Shown here: positions 1 to 13,681 of the stretch, piece after piece
Numbering within the stretch: position 1 is the stretch's first letter
How the letters are laid out: every line of letters starts with the position of its first letter
NCBI RefSeq assembly: GCF_040938485.1
Contig: NW_027272035.1
Coordinates: 248,001 to 312,000 of the forward strand
Origin: Diadema antillarum
Taxonomy: Eukaryota
Length of the DNA: 64,000 nucleotides
Direction: 5' to 3'
Notes under the pieces: generated by a model
What the model was told of the DNA's origin: nothing
What the model saw: only the letters and a program-made list of their open reading frames with translations
The model's database searches: none
Made by a program: the position numbers and the translations under genes

Positions 1-1401
1 TATTATACACTAAATTACAATGCTACCCCAGTGTGACATGCCAAGCAGGCAGCTGCCTTCCTAGACCCACTCTTTATGGCAATTGGTAATATGAGTAATG
101 TACGGTAATAAACATAGCAACTCATTTTTCTCAACTCAAATAAAACAATCTTGTCAAATTAAGCTACACATTTTCACATCATCACACCTTTCTGCATGCC
201 ATAATAAACTATTCTGGAAATTAAAGCAGAACTAATTTCCTGGTGAAAAGTGATTCATGTGGAATGCTACTGCTCATTGCTTTTCACACAAGAGAAAAAG
301 TTAGAACTACTGTTGACCAAAAGATCAGCCTGTATCTTGTCATCAGGGATATGTTCCGTGGAGACTAAGGGGGTGTTGCAAGAAAGTCGAGTTGCAATCA
401 ATTGCAAATATCTATTGCAAACTTTGCAATAGATTTTGGGAGATGCAATTGATTGCAACTTTCTTGCAACACCCGTAAGTCTGGCTTCACGGAATCACCT
501 CAGAGCCAAATAATATCATGTCAAAAAATGATTCAAAACTCCTCCAGACAGACAAATTCTTCTGTGTAGAACTACTGCTACATACTGTGTATGGCAATAT
601 GGTGCACATGCATATCATCACATTTGCAAACTTGGCTAATAGCTGGACAATTATACCTTATTCATACACACATGTAACTCATTACAGCTGATCATAACAC
701 AGGCATGTTGTGTGTATGCTCAGCTTCAACCATTGTTATGTTTGTGCTATAGCCTGCTCTGTCACCAGTCACATGGGCTTGAGTAGCATATCAGAACATA
801 TTGGGTTCAATGTGCATAGGATTTTGCTGCTTTATTAAACCTGTATCTGACTGTCAGTATCTGTTTGATGAAATCATCTCAAATCCTCTGGAAAGCACCT
901 ACAAAGTATGTTTACAGTATAGAAATCTTCCAGTCTATGACAGTTATTGATGACACTGTAACTACATGTATGTAAACTTTTAACACAACCTTAAATCCTG
1001 TTGAGGATGTTGCAAGTGTTCATGATGTAGAGAATGCAGTACTACCTCCCAAAAATGAAAACTGATGAAATGATGCACCAAAGCAAAATATATATCAGTG
1101 AATTTCCATGTGACACATACTTCTCCATTTAGACTCCTTTCTCCAAGCTGAGATATTCATAATGACCCAACTAGTCACAGTATATGAGTTTGTCGGAAAA
1201 AGTGTTTACTGTTTCATGATCTGTTACAAAGACGCCTTATATTCCACTGATGCCTGATATTCCACTGATACAGCTGTAACAAATGGGGATGTTTCTGTAT
1301 GACAGCTCAGAGTCTCACAAAATGTCTCAAAATTGAGGATGTTCCTCTTTTGGCAGAAACTGATGAAAGCGATGCTGTCAAGCCTTTGTTCCTAAGGAAT
1401 T

Positions 1402-4400
1402 TCACACCACATGGATTTCTCCCTTGCAGCGGTTACAGCAGTTGACGGTGATGTTCTCATAGCGGGTGTGAGGGTGGTAGCGATGGGTCATGTTGACCTT
1501 GGGGACAGGGCCCTGAAGGAAACTTTGTTGCTGAATCTGTTCAAGTTTCATGATTGGCTGCTTGTTGAGCAGAATCTGCAGACAGGAAGCAAGGAACCAA
1601 TGGAAATCATTAAGAATCAACCAAACTTCAACAGTTTCTCCTATCTGTAGTTTTTGCAGATAAACAAGCAGATATTTTTGTATGAAAGCCCTTGAAAGTA
1701 ACATAGTTTTTATGGAACATATGCAAATAACAAAGTACAACATCTGCAAACACTGAGCAAAAACTGGTGAAATATGAGAGGAGAGAGGAGTTGCACCTTT
1801 CTATTGTCAGATACAGCACTTACTTAACATGATAGCTAAGTGAACAGAAAAGAATCTCAGATCAGACAACTATGCCACTTTCAACTTGCTATGTCCATAA
1901 AAGAAGAAAAACAGAATCTTTTCCACCATACATGAAAATACTGAGAAAAAAACAAAATGGCATGACACCAAGAACTAGCAAATCGCCAGTCAAATGCTAA
2001 CATTTCAATTCGATTTAAAGACAAAAAGTACAATTGAAGCTAAGCTCTCTTTGATTACATCACTATCTGAAAGATATACCAAATCACGACACAGATATTT
2101 GGCATTGTGAGTTTTGTCTATCTAATCAATTCGATTATTCAATCATTTGACAAACAAATGCAAATATAAAGAAACTAGAAAAGCACTCTGAGAGCGCAGA
2201 CCTCCGCTAAGCATGCAGCTCATTTCCACCACTGATCTTGTTCTTCCATAGAGATATCAGTGATTTGCACCCATACGTACTTATAGCATTGTGTGCTGAA
2301 AGTCGCCCGATTTCCCAATATAGAAACCTTTTGTTACGTCATAAACCCTCAGCTGCGTGGCGTGCCTTACCTTGGCAGAAACTAGAGCACTCACTTTAGT
2401 GCGCGCATGCAAACCTCAAATCCTGAACTCCGAAGTTCATTGACCCTTCCTCCCAAAATATAAAAAATCCTTCATAAATTCCCCTAAATTCTCAGATCAT
2501 TACCAAAACTTAATCATCTCTTACTTGTATCATTCTAAATCTTTCCTGCAAGTTCCATTCAAATCTGTTGACTACTTTTTGAGTTATTTTGCACACGGAC
2601 AAACAAACCAACGGTAATGAAAACATAACCTCCTCCCTTGGTGGAGGTAATAATCTTACATCTTTGGCAAGCATCTCTGCAGTCGTCCAGTCCACAAAGT
2701 TAAAACCCCTCTGACCAGGAATGTTTCCCCCTTCTGGCCCCTGATGGTGTCGACCGACATCACCCAGGAGAACACTGGAGATCGTGGAAGACAGCTGCTC
2801 ATTGACCAGGGCCAGCGTGATGACGTTGCTCGGCGTTTTGCTGCTCTCCTCCGTGATGCTGTGGTTTCTCTGTAGAGCCCTGGATAGATACTGTAACAAC
2901 CTGGAAGGACGAGGAAGAAAGGGAAAGATCATAGGTCCGGTCAGCATGAGTGATATCTTTTTAAGTTTTCTCTCATATATATATATATTTTTGTATCATG
3001 ACAGTCTCATCAAAAGGATTTGCTGCTCTGCATGCGGACTCCTTAGCCAAGACATGCTCATCATCCATTGATAATAACAGTACATATTTCACAAGGCAGG
3101 GAGAAGATACTTTGACAATGTTAAAGGATGCATAATAAAACTAAAATGGATTTCAACATGAGCTTTTGCCAGCATTCTTTTGTTTATTGCAACTGATTAA
3201 CAAATTGCCCTACATCAATGTAATTTGTATCAGTTGCAATTAAAACAACTTGACAAGACAATTTAAAGAAAAACAACTTCACGCAAAATTTCATTAATTT
3301 GATTTCTTTTTTCTTTGTTTGTTTGTTTGTTTAGTTTAGTTCAGTTAAGTTTGCTGGCAATAATCCTTCAAAAGCTATGAATAATTTTGATGAAATACTC
3401 AGGACAGGTCAATTGTGGTGAAAGGGACAGGTGACTGATTTTGTGTTGTGACCAATGTCATTATTAGGATTCAGCCTTTTTTTTTTTTTCAAAGATACAT
3501 GCAGAGTTGAAGTGGCTTTATTGACCCTATGGCCCTGGTGGAGGCTTGTGCTCTCAAGTAGCTTCTAACTTTGGTTTGGAGTTGGACTAATTTACAAATG
3601 TTCAGTCTTCTCAGCTGATGTCAATGCTTGAGTATTTGAATATGAGAGGGTTTGAAAGTGGGGGACTCAACCCGCAAGCATTAGAGGGAGAAGAAGACAG
3701 CTGGATGATGCTCTTACCGATTGGTGGACATCATGTGTCTTCTCATTTCAGCTCTCTCGTCAAGGAGCTTCTGGAGGGCGTGGCAGGATTCCTGCTGAAG
3801 CATGTCTAGGTGTGTCCTGGAAGACACTAGTTCATCTACCTGTAATCTGATAGTAGTAGAGAAGCGGAACAGTACAGATAAGAGTGAAGTTCATTACAGT
3901 AGATAGACATTGACTGGTTATTCAAGAGAAGCTTCAATGACATAAATTGGCATAATTAATTGCTGACTAGGCATCTAGTCGTAATTCTAAGATCATATTT
4001 CAAGATATCATCATCCTGTAAATCATGTTGCATTGCATTTGCAGACCATCTAAAACTAACCTTGAGAAAAAATAGAAAACACAGCGTACAATTCTCTTGC
4101 ATTCATCTAGCATAAATAGGTTGAATGGAGGCCTTGAAATTAACATCAAATACAGAAAAGGGAAAACAGAAATATTCGTGCATTGTTAAGTGTCGTAAAA
4201 CACTTCAACTAACACATACATAAAGTGATTCATGTTTTTACAATCTTGAGATGACAAACACATTATCATAATAAGAGCTTGACATATCTCGTATTTTGTG
4301 ATATTTCTGCAATATTACTGCCAATACTGTCATTATTGAAAGCAAGTCAGAAGCAGGCAGAAGAACTTGAAGAATAATTAACCCATTGAGGACGGGCCGA

Positions 4401-6499
4401 TTTTGGTACAACACGCATTTCCCATAGACACTTGCCTTGGTATTACTGTACGAGCTGAAATTTTCGTGGTGGTTTCTTTTTCGCGAATTTCGCAATTCGC
4501 CTTTGAACCGCGAAAATAACAACGCGCGAATAGCTAAGTTCAGTTAGACCCTCGCAACCGCGAAATTAACAACACGCCAAAATGTCCTCCATGTAGCAAT
4601 TCGCGAAAATATCTGTACACGACAATTTCAGCTCGTACAGTAGTTACTCGGGACTCATCCTCAATAGGTTAAATTCTCATGAAATACTGTAGAAGCCCTC
4701 TGTGCACATAGAAACTGTACAAGTACAACCAGTACCTGCTTCCCAGAAATTTGCTCCTCCACACGTCACACTGGATGTTGACTTTCTCCAGGGATTCGCG
4801 TTCTTTGAGGAGGGCCGTCATGGTGTTCTCTAGGTCCTGGGCCAGTTGGGCGCGGTCCCGGGCCATGCCCTCTAGTTGCAACTGTAGGTCTGCCCCCATT
4901 GAAGCTACCAAGAGTTTCTTCAGCTCCTTATTAACCTGCACAATTAAACAATCAAAAGAAATCAATGTAGAAGTTTACTCCTGATTTGAACTTGGGAGAT
5001 GCAGGTTTAGCTCTATCAATCAAAACTAGCTATCTACATCATGCAAATGAGGTAGTGACTGGGATCACTGCAACAAATTTGACCACCTCAACTTCATCCT
5101 CTGATGTATTGCACATTCAAGAACTTATTACCAAATGATGCTACAGTAATATGACTGAGACAATTTTTTCTTTTAAGAGGTGCCCATAGGACCTCAAGTT
5201 GAATTACTGTCAGCCAAATAATCATTGACTAGATTGACTTCTTATCAAATCTAACTTTGTCTTCACTACCATTATCTGTTGGATTTCCTTTTCCTACCCT
5301 TCAGTGTGTAAAGTGTAAATATAACTGTGAACTTAATGGAGCATTTTTGACACCCAACATGCAAAAACATTTCGTTTGGTACCAAATCAGACTTGCCCTT
5401 AAGTTACCTCCATACTAACAAATAAACAAATAAATAAATACATAAATAGTACATATATTTTACAGACCAAAACAAGGCCATTATGGATTACATTTGCACA
5501 TTTCCTAAGCATCAAAAGCCACAAACTTAGGTAAGAGATGACTGGATCATCACCTGAGTCTGTGCTGTGAGTTCTGCTTGCAGTTCCATACATTTTTTCT
5601 CGAGCGTGTCCCTGGCTTTCTGGGCTCCATTGAGGGCGTTCTCCGCCTTCTCCAGACGTTTGCTTTGGTCTGCATACAGCTCTTGAAGTAGACCTTCCCC
5701 AGCTGTACTGACTGAAAGACCAATTCATACATGAAAAATAAGCTGCATGCTAACTGCTCATTGACAAAACCCAAACTTGTTTGCATGCACACACTATGGG
5801 TTAGAATAATACAGTAGCATGTGCTTACTACTGAAACCATTTACAGAGCAATGATATGTACACATATGAAAATTTGGAAAACTGCACTGACTATTGTTTC
5901 ATACTTTTAAAACTTGCAACTGATCATGAAGTGAAAATATCAGAGATATAGGAAGACAGGCAGATCAATAAGAACACAGTCATTTAATTCGTATACTTTA
6001 TAGAACATAAACTGCACATTGATTCATCTGTAAATGCCTATGATAACAACTTCATGATTTTTCTGCACATTAGATGACACTAACATACTTGTAACAATAA
6101 GAAAGATGGTGAGTTTCAGATGCATTTATCAATAATTGCACAAATCTTAATCTATACATTCCATGGAGTTCAAAATCACAAGGCATGTTTACCTGCTGTC
6201 TTCTTCTCTTGTAGCTGTACTGATTCATGAATGTCCTCAAAGTTTTGAGCTTTTTGGCTTTGTCTTTGACGATAGGCGACATCAGTGGAATTTCTGTTCT
6301 TGCTCTCAAAGAAAATCGGGTTAGCTCTTGCCTGCCTGAAGCCACCCGTTTGTCCACGTTCAAGTGATGATGGCAGCCCAGTCATTTCTCTGCCCTCAGC
6401 TTCCGGACGCGGACTCGAGGAAGTGAAGGTTTCATTGTCACGTATCATGTACTGTGATTTCACAGACATGAGGCGTTGCTGTCTCCGTATTGATGCCAT
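1402..6499 (-). CDS. BLZF1: Golgin-45 (basic leucine zipper nuclear factor 1), 6 coding exons, 402 aa
   Basis: Exons (minus) 6499-6193, 5711-5554, 4935-4736, 3846-3718, 2900-2660, 1575-1402. All introns are GT-AG, phases are compatible, and the total is 1209 nt. It contains the golgin-45 hallmarks QTQVNKELKKLLVASMG...QCDVWRSKFLGSR and the C-terminus HPHTRYENITVNCCNRCKGEIHVV* (CxxC plus hydrophobic PDZ-type tail). An in-frame TAA lies just upstream of ATG 6499. An acceptor at 6580-6582 implies a further upstream non-coding exon. Confidence 0.93.
2173..2653 (-). mobile_element. Helentron-associated interspersed element (HINE/DINE-1-like), full length
   Basis: On the minus strand it starts TTATTACCTCCACCAAGG, followed by a GTTT-type simple repeat. 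The subterminal inverted repeat CTTAGCGGAGG is followed by a short hairpin (GCGCTCTCAGAGTGC) and the end CTAGTT. No TSD; T-rich flanks. Homologous to 15408-16375. Confidence 0.75.
4446..4640. mobile_element. Tc1/mariner-type MITE
   Basis: TIR CTGTACGAGCTGAAATT / AATTTCAGCTCGTACAG, flanked by TA on both sides. A second copy lies inverted at 10593-10780. Confidence 0.8.
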
Positions 6500-7119
6500 A
6501 TTTTAAATCTTTCGTGGTATCACCTCCAACCTTTAGTTTAACAGCATTGTCGACCGGTCTCTAGACACTCTACTCTCCACTGCAAAAAAGGACATTCAAA
6601 ATGTACAGAAATTTGATTGTTTTGAAATTGTTATTAAAGATTTGTACAGAGAGGTCAAGGTATAAACAAACAAATAAAAAGTTCATGGCAACTCTTCAAA
6701 AAGCCAATACAATAAGTCCATACAGTATTTTTCATTATCTTCTTCTTCATGTACTGGATGTAACCAGGTTACTATTCTAGGCTACCGAGTGATAGGGGAC
6801 TCTACTAAGTTTATAGTAAAAAAAGTTGGAATAGACTTCCCAATGTCCCCCCCCCCCCTTCATTTCGTCATACCACCCTACCTTATCAGTCAACCTTCTC
6901 AGCTCAGCTTATACACATGGGTACTATCAATATGACTGTGATTTACCATGTTTAATGTTGTCTGTAGACAACTTGTAACTGTTAGTACTTTTGTGTCTAC
7001 AAAATAGTAAGTCTAATGCTCATTGACCACCTATTTTTAGATTGACCACCCTCGCGCAATGGCTCTCTTGCGTATACACTGTAGATCTAAAATCAAAAAG
7101 TACGCGTGGGAGGGATTAC

Positions 7120-10100
7120 AATACGGATATGCTGCTGACTGCGACATTCGAACATGAATACAAATCAAGAGAAATTAGGGGGATTTTATATACAGGTAAA
7201 TAACATGAGGAAACAGGAGGAAAAAGAATTAAAGGAAATCTGCATTTGTAAATACAGACCAATGAAACCAAGGATATTGTCCTCAGAAAAGATCTCACCC
7301 CTCTGCAGCGTGATGAGGAAAAAAACTTAAGGAAGATTTGGCAAGAAAAAAAGGCAGATTCGACACAAAAAGGAGATATCCATGCCAAGTGGATAAGAAG
7401 AAATGGGAAAGTCATCAACATAGGGTCCTACCCGGACACTGTCAACCTAACGGCACCTCAAGAACCCAACAGGATCAATCAAGAGGAAGAAATACAACCC
7501 ATAGTGGATCTGCAGAGCAAGCAGCACTTTCCAGATCTCGAAGAGTAGTCACTGAGCGAGATTTTTACCCTGCACCTGCACAGCACAACCTGAAATGTAT
7601 ATACACCAATGCTGATACTTTACTGAATAAGCGACACAAGTTAGAGGCACTTATCTCCTTGCACAACCCTCACATTATAGGAATCACAGAAGTGAAACCA
7701 AAAAACTCACGATATGAGCTAATGCCAAGAGAAATCCACTTGGATGGCTTCGAACTTTTCCACAATCTTCACGAAGAAGGACGAGGAGTGTGCCTGTATG
7801 TGCATTCATCTTTAAAAGCAGAGAAATGTCACAAAATGGGAGGAGAAGCCTTCAAAGATGCAGTGTTTGCAGAGATCTCATTGTCACACTCAAAACTCCT
7901 CATTGGTGTGGTTTATAGGAGCCCAGGAAGTACTGATACAGCAAATGACGAGTTAAATACATTAGTAGAAGACTTTGGTTCTTGTGGAAACTGTGACAAA
8001 CTCCTCCTTGGGGATTTTAACTTTCCAGAAATAGACTGGAAATGGAGTCATGTTGCAGAGGACCAAACCATCCTGCAAATAGATTTCTAGAAACCACAAG
8101 GGACGCATTCCTCATACAACACCAACACCAACCAACTAGACATCGCACTGGCCAGCAGTCAAATACACTAGACCTCGTGTTCACAAATGAGGAGGACATG
8201 ATATCAGGAATTCAAACAACAGCAGGAATAGGCAAAAGTGATCACTGCGCTCTTATTTTCTACATCAGAGGAAAAGAAATCGTTGGGAAAGATAACCCTG
8301 CAAAGTATCTACATTCTAAGGCAGATTACGACAGTATGATAGAGAAACTGAGTGATATTGACTGGAAAGGAGAATTTTCTTCCAAAACAGTGGACAATGC
8401 TTGGAATTTCTTGAAAGATACGGTGTTAGCGATTTTCAACAGATACACCCCAAAAAAAGATGTTAGAAAAGGACAACATAAGAAACCGTGGATGGATACA
8501 GCCACACTAGCAAGTGTCAAGAAGAAACACCAGCTTTATAGACGATGGCAACGGACAAGGACAGAAGAGGACTGGAGAATATACGCTCGAGCAAGAAATC
8601 AAGCGAAATGGACCTGTAAGAAGGCAGTGAAAAGACTAGAGAAAAACATAGCTTCTGGAGTCAAGCAGGATCCAAAAGCCTTCTGGTCTTATGTGAAGAC
8701 TAAAACCACAGCCCGAGAAAGTATTGCCAGTCTCATTAAGCCAGATGGAACTACCACAGAAACAGACGCGGAGAAAGCTCAGGTATTGCAAGACTTTTTC
8801 ATAAGTGTTTTCACCCATGAAGACATGCAGAGAATGCCGGAACCTCTAGAAATTAACTATGAATCAGCACTGACAAACTTTGATATCTCACCAACAGATG
8901 TTTTTGAGCTGCTAAAGAAACTGAAGCCAAACAAGTCTCAAGGACCAGATGGACTACATCCACGTTTACTGCAGAAGTTAGCAGGCGTCCTTGATGTACC
9001 ACTTGCGCTCCTGTTCAAGATGAGTCTAGAAAAGGGTGAATTTCCTCTTGATTGGAAGTCAGCTAATGTTACCCCAATCTTCAAAAAGGGGAACAAACAG
9101 GAGAGCAAGAACTATAGACCAGTGAGCCTTACATGCGTTGTATGCAAGATTTTGGAGTGCATGGTGAGAAAACAAATAATGGAACATCTGTTAACAAATG
9201 AGATGCTGTCTGTACACCAACATGGATTTATTGCTGGTCGTTCCTGCACCACTCAGTTGCTGGAAGTACTTAATGACTGGACACATGTACTGGAAGATGG
9301 AGGTAATATTGATGCCATTTACATGGACTTTATGAAAGCATTTGACTCTGTACCGCATCTCCGACTACTGCAGAAAGTTGAATCCTTTGGTATCAATGAA
9401 CAGGCCCTGCGGTGGATCAGAGCATTCCTAGTTGGAAGAAGACAACAAGTAGTAGTAAATGGTCAGCAGTCGGAATGGTCATCAGTACACAGTGGAATTC
9501 CACAGGGAAGCGTACTCGGGCCACTGTTGATCCTGATGTATATTAATGACCTTCCCAATACTATTGAGTCTGGAATCAAGCTTTTTGCAGACGACACTAA
9601 ACTTTATGCTCGAAGCGACACCTTGGAAGATTCTCAGAAATTGCAACTTGATTTGAATAAGATGCAGAAATGGGCAGAGGAATGGCAACTTAGATTCCAT
9701 CCTGACAAGTGCACGGTGTTGAAGATAGGCAGGTCACCCTCAAGTCATGAATATTGCATGAAAAGTGGCAGTCAAACAGTAACCCTGAAAGAATCGGAAG
9801 TGGAAAGAGACCTCGGAGTGCTTGTAGATTCTAAGCTCTCCTTCAAAGATCACATCTCCCAGGCTGTGTCCAAGTCCAACAAACTACTAGGGGTAATACG
9901 AAGAGCTTTCACAAACATTGATGAGGACACTTTCAAACTTCTGTACAGAGGACTTGTGAGGCCCGTCTTAGAGTATGGTCAAGCAGCATGGTCACCGTAC
10001 AGGATTGGTGAACAGAGGAGACTTGAAAATGTCCAGCGTAGGGCCACAAAGATGGTACCAAGCTTGAAGGACATACCCTACAAAAGCCGGTTAAGACGCC

Positions 10101-10577
10101 TCAAATTACTAACGCTTATCCATCGCAGAAGGAGGGGTGATATGATTGATGTCTACAAATATGTCCATGGCTTATATAACACTGACACTGACCTGCTACA
10201 TCTCAATAATGAAGATAGAACACGTGGTCACACTCTGAAGCTGAAGAAGACATTCGCTCACCTAGATGTTAGAAAGTTCTTCTTCTCAAATAGAGTGGTG
10301 GAATCATGGAATAAGCTACCAGAAGATGTAGTCAGTGCCCCATCTGTGAACTCCTTCAAAAACAGACTAGACAACTACTGGAAAGAATTGCCCTCTGTTT
10401 ATGACCCTGAAGGATACTAACAGATGTCCTGAATCCTCCCTCTCCACACACACACCTTGCCATAGAACCACTCGTAATTGAAAGATTGATTCAAATGACT
10501 ACCAATCGATCGATGAACAGGCCCGGACCTACTAGCATCGATGGATTAAAGTAAAGTAAGTAAGTAAAGTAAGTAAA
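7120..10577 (+). mobile_element. CR1/L2-clade non-LTR retrotransposon, 5'-truncated, ~3.4 kb
   Basis: ORF1 C-terminal remnant at ~7252-7548 (KDLTPLQR...WIRRNGKVI), ORF2 with endonuclease and RT domains, a short 3' UTR, and a tandem (A)AAGT tail at ~10548-10577. The 5' boundary is approximate and no TSD was found. Confidence 0.9.
7590..10420 (+). pseudogene. LINE ORF2 (apurinic endonuclease + reverse transcriptase) with one frameshift at 8040-8042
   Basis: Endonuclease motifs: YTNADTL, GITE, GVVYRSP, LGDFNFPEIDW, SDH. RT motifs: YRPVSLT, QHGF, DFMKAFDSV, GIPQGSVLGP, FADDTK. ORFs 7338-8090 and 8042-10420 fuse in frame if one A is added to the AAA run at 8040-8042. Confidence 0.9.
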
Positions 10578-10592
10578 TACACATGTGACATA

Positions 10593-10780
10593 CTGTACGA
10601 GCTGAAATTTTCGCATACAGATATTTTTGCGAATTGCTACTTGGAGGACATTTTTGCGTATTGTTAATTTTGCGGTTGCGAGGGTCTACAGACCATAGTT
10701 ATTTGCGTGTTGTTATTATTTTCGCGGTTCAAAAGCAATTCGCGAAAATAAAATCACCGCGAAAATTTCAGCTCGTACAG
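10593..10780. mobile_element. Tc1/mariner-type MITE (same family as 4446-4640)
   Basis: Same 17-bp TIRs. TA on the left, TT on the right (likely a mutated TSD). Confidence 0.75.
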
Positions 10781-10882
10781 TTTTGTCTACCTGTAGACTA
10801 GATCTAGTAAAGAACGGGTTTAAAGACTTATGAAAGTATTGTTAGCACATATTTGCCCATTCACTGGACTCAAAGTACTCAG

Positions 10883-11213
10883 CAGAGACTCCAACCCCAA
10901 GCACCTTCTGATCTGGAGATTCTCCCGCCTGAAACCCCTAGCAAACGGGAGACTCCAACTTGATGTGCGCGAAGCGCACATCACGGGGTCCAGGGCCCTG
11001 AAAGCTGTAGGGTTCTACCGATGCTCTCTATTTTTGTGCTATCTAAGGCCTATTTTTAAACATACGATGGCAATAAGTAAGAAATCATTTCAAGCGGGAG
11101 ACACAGAGCCAGGGCGGGAGAAATTAAATCTCAAGCGGGAGAACGGGAGATTTTGCACAAATGGGCTTTCGGCGGGAGATCTCCCGTCGAAAGCGGGAGA
11201 GTTGGAGTCTCTG
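10883..11213. mobile_element. MITE with CAGAGACTCCAAC TIRs
   Basis: 13-bp perfect TIR; 6-bp direct flank ACTCAG on both sides; internal CGGGAGA/TCTCCCG motif repeats. An inverted copy lies at 15617-15915. Confidence 0.8.
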
Positions 11214-11219
11214 ACTCAG

Positions 11220-12317
11220 GCCTGTAGGCTGTAGACGTGCTTTTCAATAATGAGAAAACCGGCGGTCAATTAAAATTATGACGAGCTTGCGCCGGTGTTC
11301 ATTAAAAAAAAAAGTCACTTGTGTAAATTTGTCGCTAAAAATTCTGCACGTAGAGACGTATGGTATGGTACGACTAACGTTAGTACACAATCTGAGCCCG
11401 GGCCGGGATATGAATCTACGGTATTTTCTGCCTCGAGTGAAATGAAATTATCAAAAGGTGAGACTGTCTATGGCTGGGGATATCTTTCTAAGATTTCTAA
11501 CACTTTTTTTTCACTAATTTTAGTGTTCTCAATTAGATCACATTTTGAATTTGATCACATCGTGAATTCTGACTAACTAACGTTACAACATCCCACAAAT
11601 TTCACCTAACTTTTGACTAAAATATGGCGGATAGGCCCCTGAGTAAATTTTACAGAGTTCTTTCTACGGTTGTCAGGTTGTAAACTTCTGTTTCTGATCC
11701 TGCATAGCGATTTACACAACCCATAGTAAATTTATAGCCCGACTTGGGCTGTGTATGTAACAGTCTAATACACAACCCACACACTCTAAAATCCTCCCAA
11801 ATCATGGTTGTTTAATGCCAGTGAATCATGCAAATTGAAATTGTCGAATTGTCAAAAATAAACTTTTGAGTCAAACCCGTGCCGTAAAAATCACGGGGCT
11901 GCCAATCACGGTAATAAGTCACAGAAATCACTACTGCAACAGCTTGTAGAAAGTTCCTTCGTGGAAATAACTCACAACGAATGAAGAGAAGATAACATTT
12001 CACGTCATTTCAGCCTCCACCAAAGAGATTTTATAGGGCTACTCTACTCTCTCAATTTGGCCTCCACGTATATCTCCGCCACGACTTCCGATACGAATGG
12101 CTGCATTCGATCGGAGCACTGCACGGTCCTTTAATTTACAGCGGCAGCACACAGAACACTGCACACACGGCGATCGGGCACCGTTTCAGACTGACTCTTT
12201 GCGTGGGTAGATGCGATCTCTCCTGATTCGTTGAGTCGACGCGCGCGCGCGCGTATAGAGCCACATCACTCCACACACAAACAACTTGCCCAGTCACATC
12301 TCGTTCGATCGCCAAAA
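11220..12317. promoter_or_regulatory. CpG-rich candidate promoter / first-exon region of BLZF1
   Basis: Local CpG enrichment, a YY1-like AAAATATGGCGG at ~11620 and a (GC)n tract at ~12240. BLZF1 needs an upstream non-coding exon. The position is inferred, not demonstrated. Confidence 0.3.
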
Positions 12318-12567
12318 NNNNNNNNNNNNNNNNNNNNNNNNNNNNNNNNNNNNNNNNNNNNNNNNNNNNNNNNNNNNNNNNNNNNNNNNNNNNNNNNNNN
12401 NNNNNNNNNNNNNNNNNNNNNNNNNNNNNNNNNNNNNNNNNNNNNNNNNNNNNNNNNNNNNNNNNNNNNNNNNNNNNNNNNNNNNNNNNNNNNNNNNNNN
12501 NNNNNNNNNNNNNNNNNNNNNNNNNNNNNNNNNNNNNNNNNNNNNNNNNNNNNNNNNNNNNNNNNNN
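12318..12567. other. Assembly gap (250 N)
   Basis: Run of N. Confidence 1.
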
Positions 12568-13067
12568 TAAGCTGAGGATTCTTGCAGACTGTGTTATTTT
12601 CAATATTACAGTAATATATTCCCTGCAATGATGCAGACAAGTTAAAACAGAAGTTAGTTATTTGTATAGACCACTAAAGCCTATGGCCCGTATATATTCT
12701 GCTAAAAACTTTAAACCGAGTTTAAACCAATGTTTGGTCTAAAATGGAGCTAAAGTGTTAAAACTTTGGTCTACAGTAAAATACGGGCCTATTACTGCTG
12801 AGAGCTGCATGCGTTGGATCTTTTTTTGCAACTTATATACACATGATTTATGGGGCTGTGCGGCCGGGGAGCTGTCAAAAAAAAACAACAACAAAAACAC
12901 CCATCACATAATTCAATATGCCCCGTCTTGTAGCTTCTTCCCATCTAAAGTGAGAGGGGGAAGGCAAGTGAACCAATGACCCAGACCCCATAGTCCAACA
13001 GAACCCGTGCACCGGCCTGAAAAAACACCTTGCATGAGGCACCCAAAAGTACAAGGGGGAGTATAGA

Positions 13068-13178
13068 CAGGGCGGATCAAGGAATTCCGAAAGGGGGCGC
13101 TCGCATTCTCCCATTTTTCTTTTTATTTCTTTTGTTTTTACAATAGATAAAGACTGGGTTCGCCCCCCCCCCCCACTG
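13068..13178. mobile_element. MITE, CAGGGCGGATC...CACTG family, 5-bp TSD (hAT5-like)
   Basis: ATAGA directly before 13068 and directly after 13178. Homologous to 32469-32634 and 43229-43391. Confidence 0.75.
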
Positions 13179-13681
13179 ATAGATGTATACACACAGATTA
13201 GAGCAACCTTTTTTTTTTCACTCGTTTTTGGTGGGTTTATAGGTGCTATTATTTGGTAAATAAAACTCCAAGTAAGTCAGCTGGGGTCCATTACCGAGAT
13301 GCCAACACAAGTTTCAAGTAAAGGCCTCAGAGCGCAGACAACACAGGGACCAGGGGCCGTGCAGTGTAAAAATCTGAATGAAAAGAACAGAGAAAACTTA
13401 AAATCAAAACAAACCCATGACTTTCTGAACTTTAATCTTGAGATTCTTCCCACTGACTTAAAAAAAAGATAAAAAAACTGAAGAAAAATGCATGTGTGCA
13501 GTCACTGTGTATAGCCGAATGCCATCATCGCTCCGCGGCAAATTCATTTTTGAAATACACAATCATTTTTGCAGCTTGAAATATAATTTGTAATCTTGAT
13601 TTTTCTGGTATTTTCGCACCATGTTTCAGAGTCAAAACAGACAGTATAACTGTTGACGACGTGTCTAGTGTCTGCCGTTAA

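Noticed and set aside
12136-12640. ORFs of 94-155 aa spanning the first gap (also 26909-27439 at the second gap)
   Set aside because: They stay open only because they run through N bases.
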